Below, piece by piece: positions 11,500 through 25,120 of a stretch of 64,000 nt of DNA. The DNA comes from Eledone cirrhosa (taxonomy: Eukaryota). The stretch spans positions 244,776,001-244,840,000 of the forward strand of contig OZ024740.1 in NCBI GenBank assembly GCA_964016885.1, given 5' to 3'. Under the pieces are notes generated by a model. That model was not told the origin of the DNA. It searched no databases and worked only from the letters and a program-made list of their open reading frames with translations. Numbering within the stretch: position 1 is the stretch's first letter; every line of letters begins with the position of its first letter. The position numbers were made by a program, and so were the translations under genes.

Positions 11500-14400
11500 A
11501 AGGCCCGAAGTCGACTGGGTCATTCCTTCTTTTTTAACTTTCCAAGACCCTTAGAATTTTTGCTGTTCCCAGTATGGCTGTTTTCTGCAACAATCCTGTC
11601 CTGGTGGTAATTCCTAGCTTCTCGAGCTTTCAAATAACTCCCCCCAATGTGCCCACCACAATCGGTACCACTTCTACGTGTCTGATTTTCCAGTTTCCTG
11701 ATTTCTCTCTTCAGCTCCTGGTATTTCTCAACTTTCTTACTTTCCTTCTCATTCACCCTGTGGTCCCATGGTGAAGCAATATCCACAATACTTACCTTGT
11801 TATTCTTCTTTTCTACGACAACAATGTCAAACTTTCTAACCACAATAAAATGGTCCCACTGGATGGTCATGTCCCACAAGATCTTATACTGTTCATTTTC
11901 AGCCACCCTTTCCAGTTGGTGTTCATACCAAATCTCACTTCTGCTCATGTCATACTTATGACAGAGCTTCCAATGAACCAATCTGGCAATGTTGTGCCTT
12001 CTCTTGTACTCTTTCTGAGCAACCATCTTACATTCACTAATGTGGTTTATTGTCTCACCTTTCTCACCATACAACCTACAAACGGGGGAATTCACTGACT
12101 TGTAAATATTGAACTTGATATAGTTTGTTCTCAGAGCTGTTCCTGGGCTGCAAAAATAAGGGCCTCAGTTTCAACTTTTAAGTCACTTTTCCTAGTGTAT
12201 TTCCAGTTACTATTTTTGTCAACTGTCTCAAGCATTTCACGTACGAATTGACCATATATTTGTTTTTTCTTCCATATATTCAATGTGTCATTCTGTCTGC
12301 TGTCTTGAATAAAATCTCTTTTTTCCTTTGTTTCATCACACTTTAGAGCCTTTATTTTTCTTACTCCTACCATCAATCCCTCATTTGAATTCTTTACATA
12401 CTATGCCAGATTATTTTCCTCCGACTTCACACACATTTCACGGCTAATGAGACCTATTCAATTTGTCCACGTCACTTTGGGCGTGTACAGCTCCTTATAG
12501 TGTCATCATTTTCCTGGTTTTTCTATCAAACCCCTTAAATTCATCACATCTCCACTCTATCACACCAGCACTAAACCTTGGAACTGTACCAGCCCATGTG
12601 TTTATAGCCAGTATCTTATTCCTACCACTTAACTTTGTCTTTAACAGCAACTTCAGTCTCTATATTCCTTTGATAATAGTTCTTTCATTTCCTTCTCTTT
12701 CATTTGGTTTGTTTCCAGGATGCCTAAGTACTTATACACGTTGTCGTCAATATCCTTCATAACCTGTCCATCTGGTAATTCGATTCCTCCCATCTTACTA
12801 ATTCTACCTCATATCAGTAGTAGCACCCCACACTTTTTCATGCCAAATTCCATTCCTATGCCAAATTCCATTCTTATGCCCGTACTGAATGTATGAACTG
12901 TCTGTACAAGGGGATTAATATGTTAAATAGGATTTCTCACAAAGTGTTAGGTCATCCATGAACAGCAGGTGGTTTATCTTAAATTCCCGTCCTCCCAACT
13001 CTTTACCAGCCTTTGACCTTCTCAATACCAATGAAAGTGGAACTATACACAGTAAAAATAGCAAAGGTGAAAGACTGCCTCCCTGAAATATTCCTCTCTT
13101 GATCTTCGCAACTTCCAATGCCTGTCTACATGATGTCAGCTGTCTTCCAACCATCCATACAGCTCACCAGAAACTGCCTAACGTTAGCTGCAATACCAAA
13201 CAATTTCAAACACTCTACTCTCCAACTATGTGGCACCATGTCATAAGCCTTGCAGTATTCGATCCAGGCCATGGCAAGATTTGTGTTTCCTTTTACAATC
13301 TTTAAGGATTGATTCATCAATGAACAATTGATTCTTAGTCCCCCTACATCTTCTCCTACATACCTTCTGTTCTGTGGGTAGTTTTGTCCTCGAGGTATTC
13401 ATATATTGCCTCAGCAATGTCACCTGTCATAAGTTTCTATATAAGAGGGGGACAAGAGATAGGTATAAAGCTGCCAACTGAATTTCCATTGTTCGGGTCC
13501 TTCAAACACAAGATTATTCTCCGAAAGGTTTGCCATTCTAGCAACCTCTCGTCTCCATTCAATTCTTATTCAGTTGCTCAGCAATTCTCTCATGAAAGGA
13601 CCTCGACGTTTTCAACCAGAATCCTTGCACACCGTCTCTACTGGAAGCTTTCCAAAATGGTATCTTTCTATACTGGATAGTTACAATATCAGTTGTTATC
13701 TCCAATTCTCCCTATAGATTTTCTCCAATGTCATTTTTTATCTAGTCCGCCACTCCACACTTCGGTTGTGCTCTTTTCTTATACTCCAGATATCACTCCA
13801 AAACTTCTTACTTTCATCCACATCAGGGATTACATCATCATGCCTAATCTTCTGATTTTGTTGGAAACGTACATTCTGTTTATACTGCTTGATCTGTTGT
13901 TCATACCTCTTAATCTTTGCACCTTTGGCAAGTACCATTTGTTTTAGTTCCTCAATTACTGCAGTAATCTTCTTTGTCCTGATATTGTATTTCCCTGTAA
14001 GTTGTTCAATTTTTTTTCCGTTTTTTTAATTCACCTCGTTTTTCCCTTTCCAGAATATTAATATCTTTCCTAATCATTTTGATGTCCCCCTCAATTCTCT
14101 TTTCCACCATGATTCCTTGATCTGCTTTTGTGTAGTCTCTTTCAGACCTAAGCAGCGCTAATTAGATTATTGGTTTCTGTGATAGTTCTAGTTGGTACCT
14201 TGTCAAGGAAGTTGTTTACTTTGTTCGTTATTTCTTTTAGCTGACATTGGTTTGATTTAAAAAAAATTTTGGGGATTACTGCCTCCTCATTTAGAGATCT
14301 CCAATATCTCAGCAATCATCTGTCTATCTTTTTCTGCTATGTTCAACAATGTTAATGTCACCTCTCGCATCATCTCGAATATTCAGTTCCACTTCCTGTT

Positions 14401-15016
14401 GGAATCCATCATTTTCCATACTCTCCTCTTTATTTGAATCACCAACTTCCTGAGCTTCTATATCCTCCACACCCTCCTGGCTTATATTTTTTCTTTATTA
14501 TTTTAATCTCAATCTCAGATAGTCATCCATTTTCGTGTATTGCCCTTGCCTGATCACAGATCCTCTGTTCATTTACTTCAAAGAGCCCCATCTCTTGCCA
14601 TTATCGTAATATCCTTTTTCTATATCCTCTAATCGGCCTACCATTTTCATTCACAGGCCTGCTTCTAAAATAACACTCCATAACAGCCTTGTTTACCTCC
14701 TTACTCCACTTCATTCTAGCAGTGTCATGATAACGACCGAGCCTTTGCTGCTCAACTCCAGGGCACCTGCCGGACGAGACACCTTCACTAATAGCTCCAG
14801 CACCATTCACGTCTTTGTGTAAACAAATGTTTTGATACATTTCACTCACTGAGGTTATTGGTTTTAAAGTTCCACTACGAACAGTGTTTTGGGGGGTGTT
14901 TTTTGCGACACTATCTCTAGAGGGTAACATAAACGACTTTAAGGGATCCTCAACCTTAACATTGAAGTGAACTATCCCACGCTGGTCAACAATCCAGTAT
15001 GTTTTACTCCGCAGAT
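11500..15016 (-). mobile_element. R4/Dong-like LINE, near full-length, decayed single ORF (RT + zinc motif + REL)
   Basis: Fragments [65 protein letters not shown]...ETINHISEC...RRH, WDMTI...DIVVV...DIASPWD...KVEKY. Confidence 0.9.
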
Positions 15017-17540
15017 ATTATTACTGGTGTTTCTTCGCTCAGCTTCTAACGCTGGAGATGTATTAGAATGTTAGCTGTTCACTGTCAGTGAACTGGGGTA
15101 AAATCCCTTACTGTTCAAGTACCCTCCAGAGTATTCGAGCTGTTCCAAGCAATGCTGATTTTTGTAAGTGTTCCATCCGTATTGCTATCCCTATTTGTTT
15201 CATGTACTTCTCAAGATCCCTACTCTCTGTTCCTAAGACTCCAACTATTATTGGCATTACCACCACCCTTTTCAGTAACCACAACTGCTTAATCTCCCAA
15301 GCTAACCTGTCATATCTATCAATTTTTATCCTTCTTTATCGCATACCTTGTTATCTACTGGACAGGCAATATCTATGATCCAACATTGTTTGCTTTCTTT
15401 CTCAATTAGTACAATATCTGGTCTCCTATGTTCAATCTCATGGTCACATTGTATCACAAAGTCCCACAGGATCTTTGCATCATCATTTTTTATAACACTC
15501 CCAGGGTTATGTTCGTACCACTTTTCTGTTCTGTCAAGTACATATTTGCCACAAAATGCCCAATTGACTAACCTTGCTATATAGTTGTGACGTCTCTTAT
15601 ACTCTTCATGTGCTAGTGGTGTGCACTGACTGGTAATATGCTATACAGTTTCTCCATTAATGCCACAAATTATACACTTATCACTTTCTGCTGTCGTTTA
15701 CTCTATACTTGATGTAGTTAGTTCTTAGTGCTTGTTCTTGAGCAGCACAGATTAAGGCTTCTGTTTCCCATTTTAGATCACTTTTAGCCATCCATAACCA
15801 CCTTTTTTCTCTGTCTGTCCTATCTTCAATATCTCTATGGAAGTGTCCATACATTCTTTTTTCAGTCCATCTACTTTCAGTTTCATCCATCTTCAAATAC
15901 TTCTACTGTGTTTTTTCTTTGCAATCTTTTATTTTGCACATCCCTGATCTTCTTATTTTCATCAACAGCAGTTCTGTGGAATTATTTATGTACAACGCCA
16001 TGTTATTTTCTTCTGTTCTAATGATTTCTTCACACCCTATCAGTCCTCTTACTCCTCTTTGGGTGAAATACCCCATATCTAATCAATATAGTTCTTGTCT
16101 TTCGGTCTAAACTGTTTAGCTCTTCCACTTTCCGTGTGATCACCCCCGCCCTATATCTAAAGAGTGATACTACCCATGTATTGATAGCCTCCATCTTATT
16201 CCATCCTTTAAGTTTCGATTTGAGAATAAGTCTCAGTCTGCACATGTATTCCACCCTAAATTTTTATTTCATTTCCTCCTGCATTATTTTATCAACTGTT
16301 TTATCCAACAAGGGCGGTGGATTGGCAGTATCAGTAGAGGGTCGGACGCCATGCTTTCAGCATAGTTACTTCCCTTAACGATCTGAGTTCAAATCCCGCC
16401 GAGGTTAACTTTGCCTTTCATCCTTACGGGGTCGATAAAATAAAGTACCAGTAATGCACTGGGTAATTGCTGGCCTTGTGCCAATAGTAGAAACAATTAT
16501 TTTATCAACTTCCAGTATCCCCAAGTATTTATAACCTTCCTCTTCTATTTACTTTATAACCTATCCTGATGACAACACCAACCCATCAATGCTTTTAATT
16601 TTGCCTCTGTTCAAGATTAATACACCTCACTTTTTAAATCCAAACTCCATTCTGATCTCAGCACTAAATGTATATACCGTATTAACGAGAGAACCAAGCT
16701 GGGATTCATTCTTACCATAAAGCTGAGGTCGTCCATGAATAATAAGTGATTGGCTTTTTGCTGGCGATCTTTGAATTCATACCCAGCCTTAGCATCTCTC
16801 AAAATCATGCACAGTACAAATATTAGTTGGAATATACCTCTCTTGAATTCTATTGTTCCTAAATTTCTCCCATATGCTGTCAGTTCAGTCTTCCAATATT
16901 TCATACTTTTCTTTAAGAATCACTCAACATTTGGTGCTATACGAAATAAGTTAACACATTCCATAATCATGTCATAGGCTTTGCGGTAATCAATCAACGC
17001 CATGGTCAAGTTGGTTTCCCTCCTCTTGCTATCCTTAAGTATTGTTTTATCTATCACAAGTTGGTCCTTTGTACCTCTGCACTTATGCTGGCACCCTTTT
17101 TGCTCATCTGGTAGAACTCCATTTTCTTCGAGATGCCCCTACATTGATTCTGCGATTATTCCAGTCAATAATTTCCACATAAGTGGTAAGCATGTTATCA
17201 GTCTGTAGTTGTCTACCGTATTCCCTTTAGTGATATCTTTTAAGCACAAAATTGTCCTGCCCTTTGTCAGCCACTCAGATATCACTTGATCAGCATATTC
17301 TGTTATTTCTTCATGGCATTGACTAAATCTTCTGATTTAGTAGCCTTGAACTCCATCTAGTCCCGGAGACTTCCAGATGCTCATCTTTTTTCTGACTTCC
17401 TTCACATCCCTAACTGAAATGACTAGTTTTGCCTGTTGTGGGCAAACTGTTGTTTGTTTAAGTTCTTCTAACCATTCAGCGCCCTTCTTGTGCTCCTGCT
17501 CTTTACTCCAAGTATCCCTCCAAAACTGTTGACTTTCAAA
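15017..17540 (-). mobile_element. Second R4/Dong-like LINE, 5'-truncated, head-to-tail with the first via a TAATAAT tail
   Basis: ANHLLFMDDL, NKMEAINTW, ETEALICAAQEQALRTNYIK. The ORF ends ...RVLEQ* near 15110, and ATTATTA at 15017-15023 joins it to the next copy. Confidence 0.88.
16311..16495 (+). mobile_element. Full-length Nin-domain SINE inserted in the R4/Dong LINE
   Basis: Starts GGGCGGTGGATTGGCAG; TSD ATTATTTTATCAACT at 16283-16297 and 16496-16510, with ~13 extra nt at the 5' junction. Confidence 0.92.
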
Positions 17541-17573
17541 TATTATCCAGTATTTATCATTATTGGTGTGATC

Positions 17574-20500
17574 GGACGTCTTTTGCTCGCTCCCGTAAGT
17601 CTCTTTATTTACCTGTCATAAATCATTTATTGTTAATTTTTGTTGTCGTGAAAGGGACATAAACCCTGTAAGGTGGAAACTATAATATTTTGCCTTTTGG
17701 CCCAAATATTTTAACTTTGTTTTAAAAAAAATTATAATTTTTTTCGAAAAAAAACATGGTAGATACCACGCCCCCCCCCCCCCCCCCCGTCTTCGTCTGA
17801 CAGTGGTTTAAACGTTGAGGCAAATAACGCTGCCCATCCCACAGTAAATATGAACACCAACACCACATTAAGCGGTATCGCCAACAGCAGTACCAACAAC
17901 AACAAAGACATCAACAATAATGAGAACACCAACAACAGCAGCAACAACGACAGTGAAGATACAAATATGAAGAAAAATGACAACACCAATAGCAACAGCA
18001 ACAACACCAACAAGAACAACGACAACGACACCAACAAGAACAACGACAACAACAAGACCAACAGTGCCAACGACAATAACAAGAACACTTTCGCTGCGGC
18101 AGCAGCCAAAAAGAGGCCATGCTTCAGCATGGACCTCCCGAATAAAGATGAAAAGTTGGTCCAGGCCTGGAAGCTCATCAAGCAAGAGCAAACCTGGGCC
18201 ATCTTAAATGTCGCAGTAGAAGCTATTGAAGCAGTGGAGGGCAGAACAGTGCATTACGGATGCATCTCAGCAGAAACCGAGAAGGTAGCTTTAAACTCCC
18301 ACATGGGAAAAAGAACAGTTCGTCTTCATATTCCCAGGATCACACCAGGACTTGACATGTGGTGGCTACTGGGATGTGTGATTGTGATGGTGTGGGGGGG
18401 GGGGGGGGTGATACCGTCCCGATAGAGGTTACCAGGACTGCTAGAGAGGACTGGTCCAGGGTTGACCTGGAGATCTTCTCCAGATCAGGCAGGAGAATGT
18501 AAAAACAATCCCGGACCACACCCGTCTTCAGAATGGGACGGTCATTCATATTATGACCGAGGGTAAAAGGCCGCATTGTTTTGTTTGTGGGGAAAAACGT
18601 ATTTGCGAGCTTTCTGCTCTCAACTGCTGAAAGATGCAAGGGGTCGAAGAGCTCCACTGCTGCCGACGCCGAGGTGAGGACCACCACCAACACCAGCACC
18701 GGCAAAACCACCAACAACAACACCAATAGAAACACCACTACCACTATTGATCACCAAGGGGGGAAACGAGGAAAGCTGTAAAATCCCCCCCCCCCCAAAA
18801 AAAAATTACACACATGAATAAAAACATAAACATACACACACACTCAGACACACTTACAGACACAGACCCCTCATCTTCCAGTAGTGAATATGAGGGAAAA
18901 TCAAAATCCCCCAAAAATACAAAAAAGAAAACACACAAAGAAAAAAACTCCACAAAGCACAAAAATACCCACAATAAAAAATGCAGACACCACCCACGTA
19001 AAGATCTCCCCAACAACACAAACATCAACACTACCAACACTATCACCACCCCCAGAATCCACCAAACGCAAACAACCTAAACAGACGCAAAAACAAATAC
19101 ACACACAAACATCTGAAACCAGACACCGCACTCACAACAAACACAGAAACACATCCGAAATAACACCAACAAAACCATCACCACCACAGTCACGCAAACA
19201 AATAAAATCACACCAAGAAAACATACAAAACTTCGTGCTCGTCAAAAGGGCCAACAAGGAATCGATGGCCCTCGTAGCACGAAGTAAAGAAATACAAACA
19301 GAGGGGGAAATTTTTAAATCGAGCACATTTCGCGTGCCGGAAGATTAGTTTCTGGTGCGAATGTCGTTCGATTTCTACAAAGGGATTCGAGACTGCTTTC
19401 CTCGGGATGTGGGAACCCCGAACGTAAAACCCAGATCCAGACTTTTAAAGGGCTTCCCAAAAGAAATCCCACCAACTATGAAAGTCGAACCACCTAACCT
19501 TCACAAGAGCCCGGGAGGTAAGTAAACCCTTCCTCTCTCTTTTAGCCTGCCAACATGGCCATATTAAGAGTAGGATGTTTAAATGTTCGAGGCATGGGGT
19601 CGTCCTGGAAGCAGGGTCACCTGCTCAACGACCTCAGGTCTCTAGAAATGGACGTAATTGCCGTCAGCGAGACAAGGATTTCCAAGACGCACGTACTAGC
19701 CCCCATTTTCGACGACTATGAGATCTTCACATCTGTTAGTCGACTGGGAATGGGAGGTGGGGTGGCAGTGCTGTTTAGGAAAGGCCTGGATCTCGAGGTA
19801 AAGTCGATCTTCCGAGACCCGGACAGTAAGTTGGTGGACCTAGACGTGAACAATAGCGAAGATGGCGCCTTTAGACTGGTGGTCGTCCATGCCCCCACCG
19901 AGTCAGGACGGCCGGACTTCTTTAGACGCCTGGAAGCCTTTCTGGGTACGTCTCGCACTTTACTGTTAGACGCACGCTGGGATTGTGTGGGAGTATCCTA
20001 TAGGAACGGGGGTGCAAAAGCCTCAAGTACCTGATCGCCTGTTCCAACTGTCTGATAGATACCGACTAGATTCCCCTAATGCGCCAGTGTAGACTTGGAC
20101 CAACCGCATAGGGTCATCTAGATCCTATATAAACAGTATCTTCATTAGGAAAATATATAGAAATAGTGTAAGCTGTCCACGTTTTAAAACGGTCGCCTAT
20201 TCAGATCACAAGTGTGTGATCTGCATGGTTGACCTAGATAAGACGCGTAGGTTAGGACTTGATTACTGGAAGCTGATCATATCATTTCCGGCACGTAAGG
20301 CTTACAGGGACCGGGTGAACAATTTAGTTAAGCAAAAGTTGACAGGGGTGCTTCAACAGCAGATGGTGGTGGGCTCTCAAAAGAGAGATTAGAGTAATTT
20401 CGATAGGGTTTAACAAAGATGTAGCGTTAGAGAAAAATAGAAAGGAGGGGGAGCTGGTAGATAAGTTAGACGAAGCTATTTGTAGTGGCATTGCAACTGA

Positions 20501-21875
20501 CGTGCTAGCGGCGAGAATGACATTAGACCATTTCTTCAATGTAAAACACGAGGGTTGCATTGTCAGAGTTAAGGCGCGTGCTCTGAGAAACGAGGGAACC
20601 AAAGCTGTGAGATGGGCCCGCGTGCAGAAGCACAGCGTGGTAATAAAACCACAATTCGGTTTTTGGCGGACCGAGACGGACACGAGCTGAGCGATTCCAG
20701 GCGGATGTAGGAGGCCTTTCGCCAGAAATTTGCTCGGTTGTTCGGGGGAAGTGGCGGATCAGAGACGGTAGCGGACTTCAGTCCCTACCTCGATGACTTG
20801 CCGCAACTCACGACGGTGGACGCTGAGCGCTGCGAAAGGCCGATAGCTTCAGCCGAAATTCAGGATGCCCTTTTTGGCTGCATGAGGCGCAAGTCACCCG
20901 GTTTGGATTACCTGCCTTACGAGCTTTACGTAAATATGCCAGACTTGTTTTCCGACCTCCTCGAAGTGCTCTACTGCAACTGGCAGCGGAACGAGAGTAT
21001 TCCCAGTTCTGTGAGCCGGGTCGTAGTGACGCTGATAAGGAAACATGAGAACAAGGACACATTAGATAATTTCAGGCTCATAACTCAGCTCAACACAGAG
21101 TTTAAGATTTTAGCCAAGGTGTTGTGGAGGCGCAAACTTGAGCAATCCCGACCAGGTCCATACACGAGAACCTCCACCTCATGCGATACATCATAGAGAG
21201 AGTATGGTGTAAACCTGGCTTTGGTGGGGCTCTGATCAATTTATATCAATCGAATGTATTCGATGGGGTCGACCATCGGTACCTGGAGGCTGTCATCAAG
21301 GCAGCTGGCTTTCGGCCCCGTCTTCAGAAGCTGGATCGCTGCAATGCACAGCTGCATCTGCTTGGTGGTCAAAGTTGATGGCCACCTCTAGGAACCGTTT
21401 CAGATCACCCGATCTGTCCGTCAAGTGTGCCCTCTCTCTTCCCTTCTGAACGTATTGACTCTCGAGCCTTTACTGCGGAAGCTGGAGCTGTTGCAGGGCA
21501 TCGCGCTCGAACTGGGATGCGGAAAGGCTATGTCGGCTTATGCGGACGACATTACCGTAATGGTGTCAGACACCTCAGAAATCGAGGTGGTCGGCAACTT
21601 ATTGGAGGAATATGAAAGGTTGACGGGAGCAAACTTAACCCGGAAAAGTCGGTGGGCTTGCAACTCGGCTCCTGGAGAGGCAAGTCCATGCCGTCCAACA
21701 GCATCGTTGGGCACTGGACGGACGGACCGGTAAAGTTGCTCGGCGTTTGGTTCTGGCCAGACCTCTAGGTGCATAAAAATTGGGACGAGGTGATAGGCAG
21801 GGTAGCCAGTCTCATCCAGAAATGCGAGGAAGCTTTCACTGAAAGGTCGGGTGGAGGTGGCGAATGCATACACCG
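17574..21875 (+). mobile_element. Tx1/L1-clade LINE copy E (5' UTR, ORF1, ORF2 APE+RT; 3'-truncated, decayed)
   Basis: ORF1 from 17850 (Asn-rich N-terminus, GKRTVRLHIPRITPGLDMWW, decayed Zn knuckle). ORF2 ATG 19555 with APE (GCLNVRG, DVIAVSETRI) and RT (KSPGLD, NFRLIT.LNTEFKILAKVL, AYADD). Confidence 0.92.
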
Positions 21876-21879
21876 GAAG

Positions 21880-22130
21880 TAACATTAACAATATTAATGA
21901 CAGCTTCCCAGCCTTAACACCGCTTTCTCCACAAGATATGCAGGACATCAAAGTACACACAAGAAACAACAAAACCACAAGCACTACAACTACAAAAACC
22001 GTAGAAATAGTTCACGTCAGTGAGGAGGAAATGAGGGAGGCTAAACCACTGGATAAGCCTCGAGTTCGCGTAACCCAAGTTCTGCCCGGAATAACCATTC
22101 CATGGCTGAGGGTAGCTGTCCTTGCTGACA
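21880..22130 (+). mobile_element. ORF1-like fragment of another Tx1-type family fused to copy E
   Basis: KPRVRVTQVLPGITIPWL resembles KRTVRLHIPRITPGLDMWW (copy E) and KRTQKIKKKNIPPNINIWW (copy B). Confidence 0.45.
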
Positions 22131-22134
22131 GTGC

Positions 22135-22682
22135 ACATTAGGGCATAACAAAACAGATAGTGACAAGTTATGTCGCTAGGCATAGAGTATGCAAGGGCTT
22201 GGCGAAAGGGAAGAAATATAGAAAGGAGGGAAATAGTAAAACAGAAGAGCATAAGGACTGTTGGCCAACGTGCGGTCAAAGAAAGATACCGAAGCATAGA
22301 AAAGGTAAGAAGGAAGAATAGAGGAAAACAGGCTGTGCGGTGTGATGTTTATTATATGATAGTTTAAATAAAAGCCCGCATGGCTAAGTCTTGAGAATAT
22401 AAATTCAAAATAGGGACTACAGAGAAAGACAATGGAAAACACAGCGGAAAGACGGACAGTTTCATCTCCTCAGTCAACCTCTGTAAATCACTACAGTTTC
22501 ATTGCATTAAGGTCGATACCATTTATTCCAGTATACATTGGGGTATAACAAAACAGGTAGAGACAAGTTATGCCTTTAGGCAAATTACACAAATATAGAG
22601 TGAGCAAGGACTTAGCCAGAGGAGAGAAATATAGAAAGGACTGAAATAGCAAAACAGAAGAGAATAACGACTGTTACTCAAC
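22135..22682 (-). repeat. Diverged direct repeat with 400-bp period and a degenerate hammerhead-like core
   Basis: ACATT(A/G)GGG(C/T)ATAACAAAACAG...GAAATATAGAAAGGA...AAAACAGAAGAG at 22135 and 22535. The minus strand reads CTGAGGA-GAT-GAAAC...GTC at 22473-22451. Confidence 0.6.
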
Positions 22683-23329
22683 TACATTCTTCGTTTTTGT
22701 ATTTGTTTTGCAAGATTTCTTATCTGAAAACCTGTGTTGAAATAAATATTGTTATACTCTCCAGTTGGTTAGTTTGATAACTGTGTGGTTGTTTATTTGT
22801 TTATTGTCAATGCTCTTTCGTCATACATTCTCATACATTCTGTGATCTCAGTGACTAATTTCGTATTTTTGTAGGTGCCAATCGAATTATAAGAGGCAGT
22901 TACGAAGCACTCAATGAGTGAAGAATTGTAACCAGAGTGAACACGTAAAGTTCAGGAATTATGACACCTAGAATAAAGCGACCAGAAGCATGTTGCCAAA
23001 GTAATACAACAACATTGAGGAAGTATATAATCAAATCTCAAGAGAGAGTAGAAGCAGATATATAGGTTGTAATTGCCAGCCATGGACAGAGGCGATAGCT
23101 CAATGTTTATCTCATGCAAAACAAGCGTTAAGAGAAGGGTTTGGTTAGAGCGTGGAAAACGTTAGTGATGCATTTAGGAAATAAACTGATCAGAAGTCTG
23201 ATGAGCTTTTAATTCCAGAGTCGAGCCCGATCGATAGAGAACAAATCTTGAGCTATTCAACCGCGAGACGCGCGTCACAACTGAATAAACTAAATGAAAA
23301 TTTGACACCTTGTCCATACTTATTATTAC

Positions 23330-23886
23330 GTCGGACGCCATGCTTTCCAGCATAGTTACGTCCCTTTACGATCTGAGTTCAAATCCCGCCGAGGTTGACT
23401 TTGCCTTTCATCCTTACGGGGTCGATGAAATAAAGTACCAGTAATGCACTGGGTATTTGCTGGCCTTGTGCCTAACGTAGAAACAATTATTACATTCCAC
23501 TCTAGGGCGGTGGATTCGCAGTATCGTTAGAGGATCGGACGCCATGCTATGCAGCATAGTTACGTCCCTTTACGGACTGAGTTCAAATCCCGCCGAGGTG
23601 AACTTTGCCTTTCATGCTTACGGGATCGATAAAATAGAGTACCAGTAATGCACTGGGGTAATTGCTGGCCTTGTGCTAAAAGTAGAAACAATTATTATAC
23701 TCTACTTGATTGGCAGTATCGGTAGAGGGTCGGACGCCATGCTTTGGAGCATAGGGTTACGGCCCTTTATGATCTGAGTTCAAATCCCGCCGAGGTTAAC
23801 TTTGCCTTTCATCCTTACGGGGTCGATAAGATATAGTACCAGTAATGCACTGGGTAATTTCTGGCCTTGTGCCAAAAGTAGAAACA
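23330..23886 (+). mobile_element. Three tandem Nin-domain SINE copies
   Basis: Copies at ~23330-23490, 23504-23696 and 23708-23886. The third has TSD ATTATTATACTCTACTT (23691-23707, 23887-23903). Confidence 0.92.
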
Positions 23887-23987
23887 ATTATTATACTCTA
23901 CTTAGTACAACCCCAAAGAACATACTAGAGACTCCGCATCGAGTACTCACTTTGATGAACCAAGAGCAACCTGACGTTACAATCCCT

Positions 23988-24020
<33 letters not shown>

Positions 24021-24211
24021 TATGTACACGTACATACATATATGTATACAGACGTACAGTAGTATGTATATATACATACATGCACACATATATATGTACG
24101 TATGGATTTACCGAACATTTATTATAATGCTCGGTGTGTTTGTAAACAAACATCCCGTATTTAGCCGTAGTGTCTAGCAACCATAGTTGCTCGTTTGTTC
24201 AACACTGTCAA

Positions 24212-24268
24212 AGGAACGCTGTACTAGTTTCAAGCTTATTAGCTATCGTCAGCAACGTATACCTTCCT
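24212..24268 (-). ncRNA. Type I hammerhead ribozyme
   Basis: Reverse complement identical to the HHR at 24652-24708. Confidence 0.82.
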
Positions 24269-24651
24269 GCCAGATTGTTGAACGTATATACTTACCTTAT
24301 GCATATTAACGGCTGAGTAGCCCAATTTGCATATCGAGTGGATTAATTGGCCGGGTGCACCGAAAACGATAAACGGAAAAAATGAACCGAAATTTCATTT
24401 CCCACTCTTAGTACGGCTGTTACTTAAATATAAGTATGTACACGTACATACATATATGTATACAGTCGTACATAGTATGTATATATATATACATACATGC
24501 ACACATATATATGTATACATATATGTATGTACGTGTACATACTTATATTATCGTTTTCGGTGCACCCGGCCGATTAACCCACTCAATATGCAAATTGGGC
24601 TACTCAGCCGTTAATATGCATAAGGTAAGTATATACGTTCAACGATCTGGC

Positions 24652-24708
24652 AGGAAGGTATACGTTGCTGACGATAGCTAATAAGCTTGAAACTAGTACA
24701 GCGTTCCT
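24652..24708 (+). ncRNA. Type I hammerhead ribozyme
   Basis: AGGA-(AGGTAT bulge)-ACGTTG, CTGACGA, T-AGCT-AATA-AGCT-T, GAAA, palindromic CTAG, TA, then CAGCGT-TCCT. Predicted cleavage after 24698. Confidence 0.82.
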
Positions 24709-24950
24709 TTGTCAGTGTTGAAGAAACGAGCAACGTACGGCTTAATACGGGATGTTTGTTTACAAACACACCGAGCATTATAATAAATGTTCGGTGAATC
24801 CATACGTACATATATATATGTGTGCATGTATGTATATATATATACATACTACTGTACGTCTGTATACATATATGTATGTACGTGTACATACTTATATTTA
24901 AGTAACAGCCGTACTAAGAGTGGGAAATGAAATTTCGTTTCATTTTTTCC

Positions 24951-25029
<79 letters not shown>

Positions 25030-25102
25030 TTAGTTAAGCAAAACAAGACCACAAATTTCACAAGGAAGACATTATTAAAAATTTGTCAACATAGTTTTAG
25101 TT

Positions 25103-25120
25103 TAATGTAAGGAATGTAGA

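Larger units (their letters stand above)
24017..24954. mobile_element. Non-LTR retrozyme-like element: ~414-nt monomer with one hammerhead, in partial tandem plus inverted arrangement within (TA)n
   Basis: TAAGTATGTACACG recurs at 24017 and 24431 (period 414). 24516-24954 is an inverted copy of the same unit. There is an identical HHR in each orientation and no credible ORF. Confidence 0.8.

Noticed and set aside
17732-19131. Hydrophobic and Cys/Val-rich antisense ORFs resembling membrane proteins (also 32511-32787, 40573-41174)
   Set aside because: They are the antisense of A/C-rich low-complexity LINE ORF1 sequence.
19518-19545. Micro-intron fusing ORF1 to ORF2
   Set aside because: It is only 28-37 nt long, the AG is absent in copies A and B, and the fused frame is not consistent between copies E and C.
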